A stretch of 43,989 nucleotides of DNA from Acidobacteriota bacterium (GCA_050114655.1 JASFRZ010000002.1:1-43989), one strand, 5' to 3'; positions 1 to 8,888 are shown, counted from the first letter of the stretch. Notes: generated from the letters alone by a model not told the origin. A program made the numbers and translations.

Positions 1-1420
1 CGCCGACGAAGAACTGGCGAAAGTCGCTCGACAGCAGGTCGTCCGCACCCGCGGTGACGAACACCCGGTCCCAAACGTCGAACTGGGCGAACAGCTTGAT
101 GTGCGGGTCGGGATTGCGCCCGAAGTCCCAACCGTCGAGGCTGAAGCGCAGCCGGTCGCTGACCGTGAACCAGTCGATTCCCACGCCCGCCTCGCTCTCC
201 ATCAGGCCGCCGCGAAACTGCCAGTTGTTGATGCGTGCTCCCAGCAGCGCCGAGAACTTGAAGTCGTCGTCACGCGTGGTGATGCGCTCGATGTCGACGC
301 CGGTGACGTTGCCGTTGGGGTCGAGGGTCTCGGTCAAAACCGTGGAGACGATCGGCAGGCCGATGTTGTCGTTGACCAGCTCTACGATGAAAGCGCGGTC
401 GTTGCGCGCGCCGAGGCCGACACGGAAGCCGAAATAGTTCTTGGTGGCCTCGTCGGAGGCGTACCACTCCGAGCGCAGGGCGAAGCTGAACTGCGTCTGG
501 CTGGCGCGGTTGAAGAAGCGGTCGAAGGCGGCGAGCGAATCGTCGATGGTGTCGAGCGCGCCGTTGACCCGGTCGATGGTGTCGGAGGTGTTGATCAGCT
601 GGGAAGCGGTTCCGTCGCCGCTGTTGATCTTCTCCATGATCTGCTCGAGCGAGGCGGCGGAGCGATCGAGGCTGTCGACCAACGCGCGCACGTCGTCAAC
701 CGTGCCGGCGATGCGATCCTGGTTGCCCGACAGCAGCGAGTTGGCCTCGGCGGCGAGGTTGCGATACTCGTCGATCATCGCCGGGATCGAGTCGTTCAGG
801 GAGGCGGTGAGCTGCTCGACGTTGGTGGTGGTCGTGGTGATGCTGTCGCGGTTGGCGCGTGCGATGGTGGCAAGGTCGGCGGAGAGCTGATCCATATTGT
901 CGAGGATCGCCGTCATGCGCACCTCGCCCGCCTCGCTGCCGAAGACATTGGAGAGCGCCTGGGTCATGTCCTGCGCGTCGGAGGCGATCTGGTTCATCAC
1001 CGCCACCATCTGGTCGACCGACACCGCAGCGCCGGGCTGGATCTCGCCTCCGTCGGTGACCACCGGCTCGCTCAGGGGGCCGGCAGTGACCTCGAGGTAC
1101 TTCTCGCCCAGCAATCCGAGCGAGGCGACCGAGGCGGTGGCGCCGGCGCGCAGCACGACGTCGTTATTGATACGCAGGGTCACCATCGCGCGTCCGTCCT
1201 CGGTGAGGCTGACGCTCTCGACGCGCCCCACCAGCACGCCCGCCAGGCGCACCGGCGCGTCGACGCTGAGCCCGGCGATCGAATCGAAGCTCACGTGGAC
1301 CCGGTACACATCGGTGGAGGCTCCGAAAAGGTTGGAGGTGTCGTTCATCTGCAGGATGAACGCCGCCAACACCACCACGCCGACCAGTACGACCGCGCCG
1401 ACCTTCAGCTCTGTGCTCAT
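1..1420 (-). CDS. mlaD: MCE/MlaD-family lipid-transport protein, long form. It is partial: the C-terminus runs off the left edge.
   Basis: The minus-strand frame opens at ATG 1420-1418 and stays open to position 2. It is missing from the ORF track because no stop lies in the window. My translation is 'MSTELKVGAVVLVGVVVLAAFILQMNDTSNLFGASTDVYRVHVSFDSIAGLSVDAPVRLAGVLVGRVESV...', which is a TM anchor plus an MCE domain. It starts 22 nt after the mlaF stop. Confidence 0.8.
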   Translation of the reverse strand, partial: MSTELKVGAVVLVGVVVLAAFILQMNDTSNLFGASTDVYRVHVSFDSIAGLSVDAPVRLAGVLVGRVESVSLTEDGRAMVTLRINNDVVLRAGATASVASLGLLGEKYLEVTAGPLSEPVVTDGGEIQPGAAVSVDQMVAVMNQIASDAQDMTQALSNVFGSEAGEVRMTAILDNMDQLSADLATIARANRDSITTTTTNVEQLTASLNDSIPAMIDEYRNLAAEANSLLSGNQDRIAGTVDDVRALVDSLDRSAASLEQIMEKINSGDGTASQLINTSDTIDRVNGALDTIDDSLAAFDRFFNRASQTQFSFALRSEWYASDEATKNYFGFRVGLGARNDRAFIVELVNDNIGLPIVSTVLTETLDPNGNVTGVDIERITTRDDDFKFSALLGARINNWQFRGGLMESEAGVGIDWFTVSDRLRFSLDGWDFGRNPDPHIKLFAQFDVWDRVFVTAGADDLLSSDFRQFFVG

Positions 1421-1442
1421 GGTTCGCTTCCCCTTCGGATGA

Positions 1443-2279
1443 TCACCTCGTCGTGATGGGTCCCACCGCCCGGCCGTGGATGAACTGCTGCACCACCGGG
1501 TTGTCGCTCTCTTGAATCTCCTCGGGCGTCCCGACCTCCTCGATGCGTCCCTCGTACAGCATGGCAATCCGGTCGCCGATCTTGTAGGCCGAGATCATGT
1601 CGTGGGTAATCGTCACCGATGTGACGTTCAAACGCTCGCGCAAGTCGATGATGAGCTCATTGATCTGGTCGGCGAGGATCGGGTCGAGGCCGGTCGTCGG
1701 CTCGTCGTAGAGGATGATCTCGGGGCCCAAGGCGATGGCCCGCGCCAGGCCGGCGCGTTTCTTCATGCCCCCGGACAGCTCCGCCGGCCACTTCTTCTGT
1801 ACCCCCGAAAGCCCGACCATGCCGAGCACCTCCTCGACACGATCGGCAATCTCCGCCTCGCTCATCTTGGTGTGCTGGCGCAGGGAAAACGACACGTTGG
1901 CCTCCACGTTCATCGAGTCGAACAGCGCCGCGTACTGAAAAAGCATGCCCATGCGCCGGCGCATCGCGCCCAGCTCGGGGCGCTTGAGCTCCGCCACCAC
2001 ATGGCCGTCGACCTCGACCTTGCCGGCATCCGGGCGCAACAAGCCGATGATGTGCTTGATCAGCACCGACTTGCCCGTACCGCTGCCGCCGATGACTACC
2101 ATCGACTCGCCCTTGGCGATGTCCAGGTCGGCGCCGCGCAGCACCTGCAACGAGCCGAAGGCCTTGTGCAGATCCTCGATATGGATCAGCGGCCGCCCGT
2201 CCCCCTGCGAACCCTCGCCCGGCGTGCTCGACGACGCTTCGCCGGCTGCCGTCGCTTCGTCCTTCGGCGCGCTGCTCAT
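1443..2279 (-). CDS. mlaF: ABC transporter ATP-binding protein, MlaF type
   Basis: It has Walker A 'GGSGTGKS', ABC signature 'LSGGMKKR' and Walker B 'IILYDEPT'. I take the start at ATG 2279 ('MSSAPKDE...'), 2 nt after the mlaE stop. The 573-aa track ORF is an upstream extension overlapping mlaE in another frame. Confidence 0.9.
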   Translation of the reverse strand: MSSAPKDEATAAGEASSSTPGEGSQGDGRPLIHIEDLHKAFGSLQVLRGADLDIAKGESMVVIGGSGTGKSVLIKHIIGLLRPDAGKVEVDGHVVAELKRPELGAMRRRMGMLFQYAALFDSMNVEANVSFSLRQHTKMSEAEIADRVEEVLGMVGLSGVQKKWPAELSGGMKKRAGLARAIALGPEIILYDEPTTGLDPILADQINELIIDLRERLNVTSVTITHDMISAYKIGDRIAMLYEGRIEEVGTPEEIQESDNPVVQQFIHGRAVGPITTR

Positions 2280-2281
2280 CG

Positions 2282-3055
2282 TCAGCTCAGCAACAACTTG
2301 GTGAGGAAGAAGTTGAAGACCAGGATGGCCATGCTGCCGCTGACCACCGCGCGCGTCGTGGCGCGCCCCACGCCCTGCGCGCCGCCGGTGGTGTGGAACC
2401 CGTTCTGGCAGCCGAACACGGCGATCAGGATGCCGAACACGCACGACTTGGTGAGGCCGCTGTTGAGATCCTTGAAGGTCAGGATCTGCCAGATGCCGTC
2501 CCAGTAGCTCGCCGAGCCGGAGCCGTACAGGTTGACCACCACCAGCGAGCCACCCCACAGGCCGAGCATGTCGCCGATGAGCACGGTGATCGGCAGCATG
2601 AACGCGGTGGCGACGATGCGCGGCACCACCAGGTACTCGATCGGATCGATGGCCATGGTGCGCAAGGCGTCGACCTGCTCGGTGACCACCATGGTGCCGA
2701 TCTCCGCCGCCATCGCCGAGCCGGCGCGGCCGGAGACCATCAGCGATGCGAGCACCGGCACCATCTCGCGGGTGATCGCCAGCGCCACCACCGGGCCCAC
2801 GAAGCTGGTGGTGCCGTAGCGCTCGAAGCCCTGCCACGTTTGTAGGGCGAATACCGCGCCCGAGAAGATCGCCGTTACCAGCACGATCGGCAGCGAGCGC
2901 ACCCCGACGTCGAGCATCTGTTCGGCCCATTGGTGCACGTAGTAGGGGCGGCGACGCAGGGTGGCAACGCTCTTGGCGAACAGGATAGCGCTGCGCCCCG
3001 AGTCCTCGATGATGCCGACGACGAATCGCCCGATCCCCTCGATGAGGCCGGTCAT
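2282..3055 (-). CDS. mlaE: ABC transporter permease, MlaE type
   Basis: The 257-aa polytopic protein contains '...AITREMVPVLASLMVSGRAGSAMAAEIGTMVVTEQVDALRTMAIDPIEYLVVPR...', the typical MlaE/Ttg2B core. Its ATG overlaps the alr stop (ATGA at 3055-3052). Confidence 0.9.
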   Translation of the reverse strand: MTGLIEGIGRFVVGIIEDSGRSAILFAKSVATLRRRPYYVHQWAEQMLDVGVRSLPIVLVTAIFSGAVFALQTWQGFERYGTTSFVGPVVALAITREMVPVLASLMVSGRAGSAMAAEIGTMVVTEQVDALRTMAIDPIEYLVVPRIVATAFMLPITVLIGDMLGLWGGSLVVVNLYGSGSASYWDGIWQILTFKDLNSGLTKSCVFGILIAVFGCQNGFHTTGGAQGVGRATTRAVVSGSMAILVFNFFLTKLLLS

Positions 3056-4269
3056 GAGCCACTGTCCGTGAAGCGGCGCGGCACCCGGGCGCCGACGCGC
3101 GACAGGATCTCGTGCGCGATGGTCCCTGCCCGGTCGGCCAGCTCGTTGGCATCGATGGCGCCACCCGCGCCGCCGGGAGCGACGCCGAGCAACGTCACCG
3201 CAGACCCCTCGCGGGCGGCGGGCATTCCGGTGATGTCGACGAGGGTCAGGTCCATGCTGATCGCTCCTACGATCCGCGCGCGCCGGTCGCCAATCAGGAC
3301 CTCGCCGCGATCGGAGAGGGCGCGCGGGAAGCCATCATGGTACCCCACCGGCACCACGGCAATCTCGCAGTCGTGCGCTGCCCTGCGCTCGGCGCCGTAG
3401 CCGAGCGGCCAGCCGGCGGGCACGGCGCGTACTGCCGCGATCGCGCTATGCCATGACATAACGGGCTCGAGCACGATGGTTACCTCGCCGGGGAACGAGG
3501 CCACACCGTACAGCGACAAGCCGGGGCGCACGCCGTTGCACCAATCCGGCCGCCACGCGCCGTCGTGCCGCAGCAACGCGGCGCTGTTGGACAGATGGCG
3601 CTCCGGGGGCAGCAGGCCGGCCTCGTCGAGCGCCTCGCACAGGCGGGCGAAGCGCTCGACCTGGACCCCGGTGTGCTCGTGGCCGTGCTCCCCTTCGGGT
3701 GCATCGGCGGCGGCGAGGTTGGAGAACAGCCCCTCCGGCCGCACGCCCTCGACAGCGGCGATGGCGCGCAGCGTCTCGAGCACCGCCGCAACGTCCTCGT
3801 CGACCGTAACGCCCAGCCGCCCCATGCCGGTGTCCGTCTTGAGGTGCACGCGCACCGGTTGCACACCGGCCTGGCGCGCTGCGGCCCCCAGCTCGGCGGC
3901 CGCCTCGGGGCGCCACACGGCAACGTCGAGCTCGTGACGCACCACCAGTCCGGCGGCGGCACGCGCCGCCTCCGTGCCCACCGGCTCGATTCCTGCCAGC
4001 ACCACGACGCGCCCGCCGATGCCGGCTTCGCGCAGCTCCACGCCCTCCTCGACCGTCGCTACCGCGAACGCCTCGGCCCCCGCCTCCTGCAATCGCCGCG
4101 CGCATTCCACCGCCCCGTGCCCATATGCGTTGGCCTTGACCACGCACCAGACACGCCGCGACCCGACCCTCTCGCGCACCCGGCCGAAGTTGCGCCCCAA
4201 CGCCCCCAGATCGATCTCGACCCACGTCGGACGAAGCTTCGAAGGCTGTTCCAACCCTGCCAAGCTCAT
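3052..4269 (-). CDS. alr: alanine racemase
   Basis: It carries 'VVKANAYGHG' (the PLP-lysine motif) and 'GYGAERRA...AVVPVGYHDGFPR'. I take the start at ATG 4269 ('MSLAGLEQ...'). The longer track ORF (4428) adds an Arg/Cys-rich leader that looks non-coding. Confidence 0.9.
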   Translation of the reverse strand: MSLAGLEQPSKLRPTWVEIDLGALGRNFGRVRERVGSRRVWCVVKANAYGHGAVECARRLQEAGAEAFAVATVEEGVELREAGIGGRVVVLAGIEPVGTEAARAAAGLVVRHELDVAVWRPEAAAELGAAARQAGVQPVRVHLKTDTGMGRLGVTVDEDVAAVLETLRAIAAVEGVRPEGLFSNLAAADAPEGEHGHEHTGVQVERFARLCEALDEAGLLPPERHLSNSAALLRHDGAWRPDWCNGVRPGLSLYGVASFPGEVTIVLEPVMSWHSAIAAVRAVPAGWPLGYGAERRAAHDCEIAVVPVGYHDGFPRALSDRGEVLIGDRRARIVGAISMDLTLVDITGMPAAREGSAVTLLGVAPGGAGGAIDANELADRAGTIAHEILSRVGARVPRRFTDSGS

Positions 4270-4455
4270 ATCGCGAAGAGTAGCAATAATCGTGTTTGGT
4301 AGGCCGCCCGCGAATTGCGGATACCGCAGGGATGGTGATGCGTGGACAGCCACAAGGCACGCCGTCGCAGGCGTGCAGCGCGTCGTCGAGGAGGCGCAAC
4401 GCCGTGGATAGCCGCGCAACGCCGCCACTGCGGCGCCCCCGACTTCTCCGGCCGC

Positions 4456-5808
4456 CTAGCCCCAGGGCTCGCCGGGGTCGTCCCGGTCCTCGCGGTCCTT
4501 GAAAGCGGTGAACTGCTTGAGAAACGCCAGCGGCACGGTGCCGATGGGCCCGTTGCGCTGCTTGGCGATGATCAGCTCGGCCAGCCCCTGCACCGTCGGG
4601 TCCGGGTTGTAGACCTCCTCCCGAAAGATGAACGCCACCACATCGGCGTCCTGCTCGAGGTTCCCCGATTCGCGAAGGTCGGAGAGCTGGGGACGGTGCT
4701 CGGAGCGGGACTCGGGGGCACGGGAGAGCTGGGACAGCGCGATGATCGGGACCTCGAGCTCCTTGGCAAGGCCCTTGAGAGCACGCGAGATGGCACCGAT
4801 CTCGAGGTTGCGGTTCTCGTAGCGACCGCCAAGGCTCATCAGCTGCAGGTAGTCGATGATGATCAGGTCGAGACCATGCTCGGCCTTGAGGCGGCGCGCC
4901 TTGGAGCGCATCTCCAGGAGCGACGGGTTGGCAGTGTCGTCCACGAAGACCTTGGCGGTAGCGAGAAACTCCAGCGCATTGAGCAGGTCGTTGAGATCCT
5001 TGTCGGAGAGGAAGCCGGTGGCCAGCTTGTGGTTGTCGACGTGCGCTTCGGCCGACATCAAGCGGCGGATGAGCTGCTGGGTCGACATCTCGAGCGAGAA
5101 GATGCCCACCGATCCGCCGTGGCGCAGCGCCACGTGCTGCGCGATGTTGAGCGCCAGCGCGGTCTTGCCCATCGACGGCCGCGCCGCCAGGATGATCAGG
5201 TCGCCGGACTGCAAGCCCGCGGTCATCGTGTCGAGGCGCTTGAAACCGGTCGGCACGCCGGTGATGAACTCGCGCCGCTCATGCAACTCCTCGAGCTCGT
5301 GCATGGTCTCGCCGGCGAGGTCGTTGATCGACAAGAAGCCGCGCTTGACCTTGTCCTCGGCGATCTCGAAGATGCGCCGCTCGGCGGCATCAATGATCTC
5401 GTCGGTCTCGTCCTCCTGGCTCAGCGCCGAGGTGATGATGTTGTTGGCCGAAGCGATGAGGTTGCGCAGGGACGCCTTGTCCTTGACGATGCGCGCGTAC
5501 TGCCCGACGTTCAGAGCACGCGGCAGGCCGTCGACCAGGGTCGAGAGATACTCCTTGCCGCCGGCGCGCTCGACGTTGTCGCCCAGGCGCTCGGCCAGCG
5601 TCACCGCGTCGATCGGCGCGCCGACCTCCGACAGCTCGCACATCGCGCCGAAGATCAGCCGGTGCGCCTCGCCGTAGAAGTCCTCCGAGGTGAGCAGCTC
5701 GGCCGCAGCGTTGACCGCCGCGTTGTCCAGCAACACCGCTCCCAGGACGGATTTCTCCGCCTCGAGATTGTGCGGCAGGGTGCGCCCTTTGGTCAGTTCT
5801 TCGGCCAT
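4456..5808 (-). CDS. dnaB: replicative DNA helicase DnaB
   Basis: It has the N-terminal motif 'PHNLEAEKSVLGAVLLDN', Walker A 'ARPSMGKTALALN', and 'IIIDYLQLM' and 'SQLSRAPE'. At 450 aa there is no intein. Confidence 0.95.
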   Translation of the reverse strand: MAEELTKGRTLPHNLEAEKSVLGAVLLDNAAVNAAAELLTSEDFYGEAHRLIFGAMCELSEVGAPIDAVTLAERLGDNVERAGGKEYLSTLVDGLPRALNVGQYARIVKDKASLRNLIASANNIITSALSQEDETDEIIDAAERRIFEIAEDKVKRGFLSINDLAGETMHELEELHERREFITGVPTGFKRLDTMTAGLQSGDLIILAARPSMGKTALALNIAQHVALRHGGSVGIFSLEMSTQQLIRRLMSAEAHVDNHKLATGFLSDKDLNDLLNALEFLATAKVFVDDTANPSLLEMRSKARRLKAEHGLDLIIIDYLQLMSLGGRYENRNLEIGAISRALKGLAKELEVPIIALSQLSRAPESRSEHRPQLSDLRESGNLEQDADVVAFIFREEVYNPDPTVQGLAELIIAKQRNGPIGTVPLAFLKQFTAFKDREDRDDPGEPWG

Positions 5809-5950
5809 CGAGCCAGTCTAGCAGGCCGTGACGAAAGTCCCATCGAAGCTTTTCCCGCGCCGGTCCGGAACCGGGGCGCGCTGCTGGCATGCAATCAGAG
5901 CAAACGATAGGCTGGCGCGAACCGGTATCCCACACCATGAAGAGCCCCGC

Positions 5951-6721
5951 ATGCCCGCTGGCCTGGTCTCCGTCGTCTTCCCGGCGTTCAACGAAGAAGA
6001 TGCCATTGTCGACGCGCTCGCCCAGGTGACCACCTACCTCGAGGGCCGCGAGCAGCCCTTCGAGATCGTTGTTGCCGACGACGGGTCCACCGACCGCACC
6101 CGGGCCGAGGTCGAGCAACGTAGCGCCGCCGACCCGCGCATCAAGCTGGTGAGCTCGGGCGTGAACCGCGGCAAGGGCCACGCCGTCCGCCGGGGGGTGC
6201 TGGCTACGAAGGGCGACGTGGTGCTGTTTCTCGACGTCGATATGTCCACCCCGATCGAGATGATGGAGCGGGTATGGCCGGAGCTCGACACGGGGCAGCA
6301 AGTGGTCGTCGGCACCCGACGCAGCGCGGGCGCGGAGATCGAGGTACACCAGCCGGTGATCCGCGAGGCGCTGGGCGACATCTTTCGCCGCGCCACCCGC
6401 CGATTGCTGGACATCCCGGTGAGCGACATCACCTGCGGCTTCAAGGCCTTCGACGGCGCGATTGCGCGGCGGCTGTTCGCGGTCATGCGACTGGACGACT
6501 GGAGCTTCGATGTGGAGCTGCTGGTCGCGGCCTCGCAAGCCGGGTTGCGCATCACCGAGGTTCCGGTGGTGTGGCGCCACGATCCGGGCAGCAAGGTGCG
6601 ACTGCTGCGCGACATTCCGCTGGCGGCCCTGGGAGTGACGCGCGTGCTCGGCGGCAAGATCCGCGGCCGCTGGCGCGGCCTCGGCGCCGCCCCGGCCGAC
6701 GCGACCGCGCGGGGGCGCTGA
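5951..6721 (+). CDS. family-2 glycosyltransferase, polyprenyl-phosphate sugar synthase-like (DPM1/ArnC/GtrB type)
   Basis: Motifs are 'VSVVFPAFNEE', 'VVADDGSTDRT', 'NRGKGHAVRRG' and 'FLDVDMSTP' (DXD). I take the start at ATG 5951. The stop TGA 6719-6721 is immediately followed by the ATG of the next gene. Confidence 0.85.
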   Translation: MPAGLVSVVFPAFNEEDAIVDALAQVTTYLEGREQPFEIVVADDGSTDRTRAEVEQRSAADPRIKLVSSGVNRGKGHAVRRGVLATKGDVVLFLDVDMSTPIEMMERVWPELDTGQQVVVGTRRSAGAEIEVHQPVIREALGDIFRRATRRLLDIPVSDITCGFKAFDGAIARRLFAVMRLDDWSFDVELLVAASQAGLRITEVPVVWRHDPGSKVRLLRDIPLAALGVTRVLGGKIRGRWRGLGAAPADATARGR

Positions 6722-8311
6722 ATGCCCTCCTGGTTGCTGATCACGGCGGCGGGCCTCAGCGTCGGTGCGTGGCTCGCGTGGCGCTCGGCCTCGACTTCTC
6801 CCGTCGACCGCATCGTGCTGCTCGCGCTGCCTCCCCTGTTGCTGTTCGTCGCGCTGGCGACCCTGGAACGCATCGTCGCCGCGCCGTTCTGGGACTGGAC
6901 CGCGGTACGCCTGGCGAGCTCGTTCGCGCTCGTGCAGGGGCACGGTATGTACCCGAGCCCGACCGACGGCCCGACGCTGTCGTACATCTACGGGCCGATC
7001 TTCGCGGTCGCGTTCCTGCCGGCCACCGTCAGCAACCAGCCGACGGTAGCGATCACCATCGCCATGGTCCTGCAGCTGGCGTACTTTTTCGTCCCGGCGC
7101 TGCTTCTGGTCCGCGTTTTCACCGGGCCCGGCAGCGACGTGAGCAGAAACCGCGTCCTCGCCGCCTGCGTTTTCGCGTTGCTGGCGCTGGACAGCCGGGC
7201 GCTGTTCTACTCCGGCTTCGCGCTGCACGCCGACGGCCCGGCGCTCGGCCTGCTGTCGACCGCCTGCCTGCTGCTGCTACGGAGCAAGGAGCCCAGTACC
7301 CGGCGCCTCGTCGCGGTCGGCCTCCTCGCTTCCCTGGCGGTGTGGTGCAAACAACCGGCGATGCCGATCTTCATCGCCCTTCCCCTCTGGCTGTGGGTGG
7401 TGGAAGGACGGCGGACGGCAGCGCGCGCCCTGCTGGTGTTCGGCGCCATGGGGACCCTGGTGAGCGCGATCATGCTGGCCGGCTTCGGCTTCTCGAACAT
7501 GTACTTCAACATGTTCACCCTGCCGAGCATGGTGCCGTGGAAGCCGTCGCCGGACGGCCGCTGGGCGCTTTTTCGCAGCCAGCTCCGGGAGCTGGCGAAG
7601 ACCGCCGCTCCCTACCTGGGGATGGCGATCGCAGGCCTGCTGCTGGGCCCACCTGATCGCCTGCCCGGACGGGCGCAGATGGGCGGCTGGCTGAAGCAGC
7701 GCCGCTGGCCGCTGCTGCTGCTGATCGGCATCCTGACGGTGCCGACCTCGGTGCTGGGAATCGTCAAGCGCGGCGGGGCGGTCAACTCGCTCAGCTTCAC
7801 GATCTTCTTCGTGACGCTGGCCGGCACCCTCGCCCTGCTCGACACCGCCAATCGCGGCTCCGGGTGGCGCTCCGCGACGGCCAAGCTTCTACTGCTCGCC
7901 GCCGGCATCGGCGTCACCGTGCACCATGTCGCGGCGGTCGACCCGGAGATGTTCACCCGCGGCCGCGACCACCTGCGACGCTTCTGGCAGAACCCGCAGC
8001 AGCAGGCCAACGAGATGCTGGCCGAGCACCCGGGAAAGATCTACTTCCCCTGGAACCCGCTCGCCCACCTGATGGTCGAGGATCGCCTCTATCACGTCGA
8101 ATACGGCGTCAACGAGCGCCGCCTCGCCGGCATCCCGATGCCGCGCCGGCAATTCAGGGCGCAAATCCCCCCCGACATGCGCTACCTGGCATTCGATCAG
8201 GGGCGCCAGTCCGAGTGGACGAGGCGCGACTACCTCCCCGAGTACTCCATCCGCACCGAGCTACCCGGCTACCCCGACTGGATCATCTACCGGCGGGCGG
8301 AGGAGTCCTGA
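6722..8311 (+). CDS. polytopic membrane protein, putative GT-C-fold glycosyltransferase partnered with the GT2
   Basis: This is a 529-aa ORF with many hydrophobic segments, an N-terminal loop 'FWDWTAVRLASSFALVQGHGMY...YIYGPIF', and a soluble-looking C-terminal ~120 aa. Its ATG abuts the GT2 stop. The family call comes from architecture and context, not from a strong motif. Confidence 0.55.
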   Translation: MPSWLLITAAGLSVGAWLAWRSASTSPVDRIVLLALPPLLLFVALATLERIVAAPFWDWTAVRLASSFALVQGHGMYPSPTDGPTLSYIYGPIFAVAFLPATVSNQPTVAITIAMVLQLAYFFVPALLLVRVFTGPGSDVSRNRVLAACVFALLALDSRALFYSGFALHADGPALGLLSTACLLLLRSKEPSTRRLVAVGLLASLAVWCKQPAMPIFIALPLWLWVVEGRRTAARALLVFGAMGTLVSAIMLAGFGFSNMYFNMFTLPSMVPWKPSPDGRWALFRSQLRELAKTAAPYLGMAIAGLLLGPPDRLPGRAQMGGWLKQRRWPLLLLIGILTVPTSVLGIVKRGGAVNSLSFTIFFVTLAGTLALLDTANRGSGWRSATAKLLLLAAGIGVTVHHVAAVDPEMFTRGRDHLRRFWQNPQQQANEMLAEHPGKIYFPWNPLAHLMVEDRLYHVEYGVNERRLAGIPMPRRQFRAQIPPDMRYLAFDQGRQSEWTRRDYLPEYSIRTELPGYPDWIIYRRAEES

Positions 8312-8431
8312 CACGTCTCCGCGGCGCGAGGTTGGCGAGATTGGGTCAGATGCAAGGCACTCCGACGCAGGCGATCCTACGGATCGTCGAGGAGGAGTAA
8401 CGCCGCAGATGGCCCGATATCGCCGACCTCG

Positions 8432-8884
8432 CTACTCGGACTCGTCTTTGACGACCCATAGTTTTACGGAACCCTCGACACCGTAGGGCAGGTGCAACGG
8501 CACCTCGAACACGCCCAGCGTCTTGATGGTGTGCTCCAGGCGAACCTGTTCCTTGCCGATCTCGAAGCCCTCCTCGACCAGCGCCGCGGCGACGTCCGCC
8601 GCGGTAACCGAGCCGTAGAGGTTGTCGCCTTCCGAAACCTTGCGCTTGACGTTGACCGAGACGCCCTCGAGGCTCACCGCGAGCGCCTGCGCGGCGATCT
8701 TGGCGGCCTGCTCGCGCTCTTCGCGCTTGGCGCGCAGCTCGGCGATGCGGCGCTCGTTGGCCGTCGTCGCGACTACGGCGAGGCCCTGCGGCAACAGGTA
8801 GTTGCGCCCATAGCCGCGGGTAACGTCGACCAGGTCGCCCGGCTCACCCAGGTTTTCCACGGCTTCCTGCAGGATCAGCTTCAT
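8432..8884 (-). CDS. rplI: 50S ribosomal protein L9
   Basis: The protein begins 'MKLILQEAVENLGEPGDLVDVTRGYGRNYLLPQGLAV...', is 150 aa, and follows rpsR. Confidence 0.95.
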   Translation of the reverse strand: MKLILQEAVENLGEPGDLVDVTRGYGRNYLLPQGLAVVATTANERRIAELRAKREEREQAAKIAAQALAVSLEGVSVNVKRKVSEGDNLYGSVTAADVAAALVEEGFEIGKEQVRLEHTIKTLGVFEVPLHLPYGVEGSVKLWVVKDESE

Positions 8885-8888
8885 GGCT

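Noticed and set aside
1443-3164. A 573-aa ORF that would fuse an N-terminal 295-aa region to MlaF.
   Set aside because: The N-terminal part overlaps mlaE in another frame and is Arg/His/Gly-rich nonsense. A proper ATG ('MSSAPKDE') sits 2 nt after the mlaE stop.
5809-5950. Divergent dnaB/GT2 intergenic region. It has a 'TAGACT' hexamer 7 nt before the dnaB ATG, hinting at a leaderless transcript, and an imperfect palindrome around 5868-5890.
   Set aside because: The -35 match is poor and the palindrome is imperfect. Without TSS data this would be guesswork.
8312-8431. The convergent gap between the GT-C gene and rplI, searched for a bidirectional terminator or small RNA.
   Set aside because: It holds only a weak 6-bp hairpin (CGATCC-tac-GGATCG, 8372-8386) without a U-tract. 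The track ORF 7864-8400 covering it is Arg/Pro-rich and implausible.
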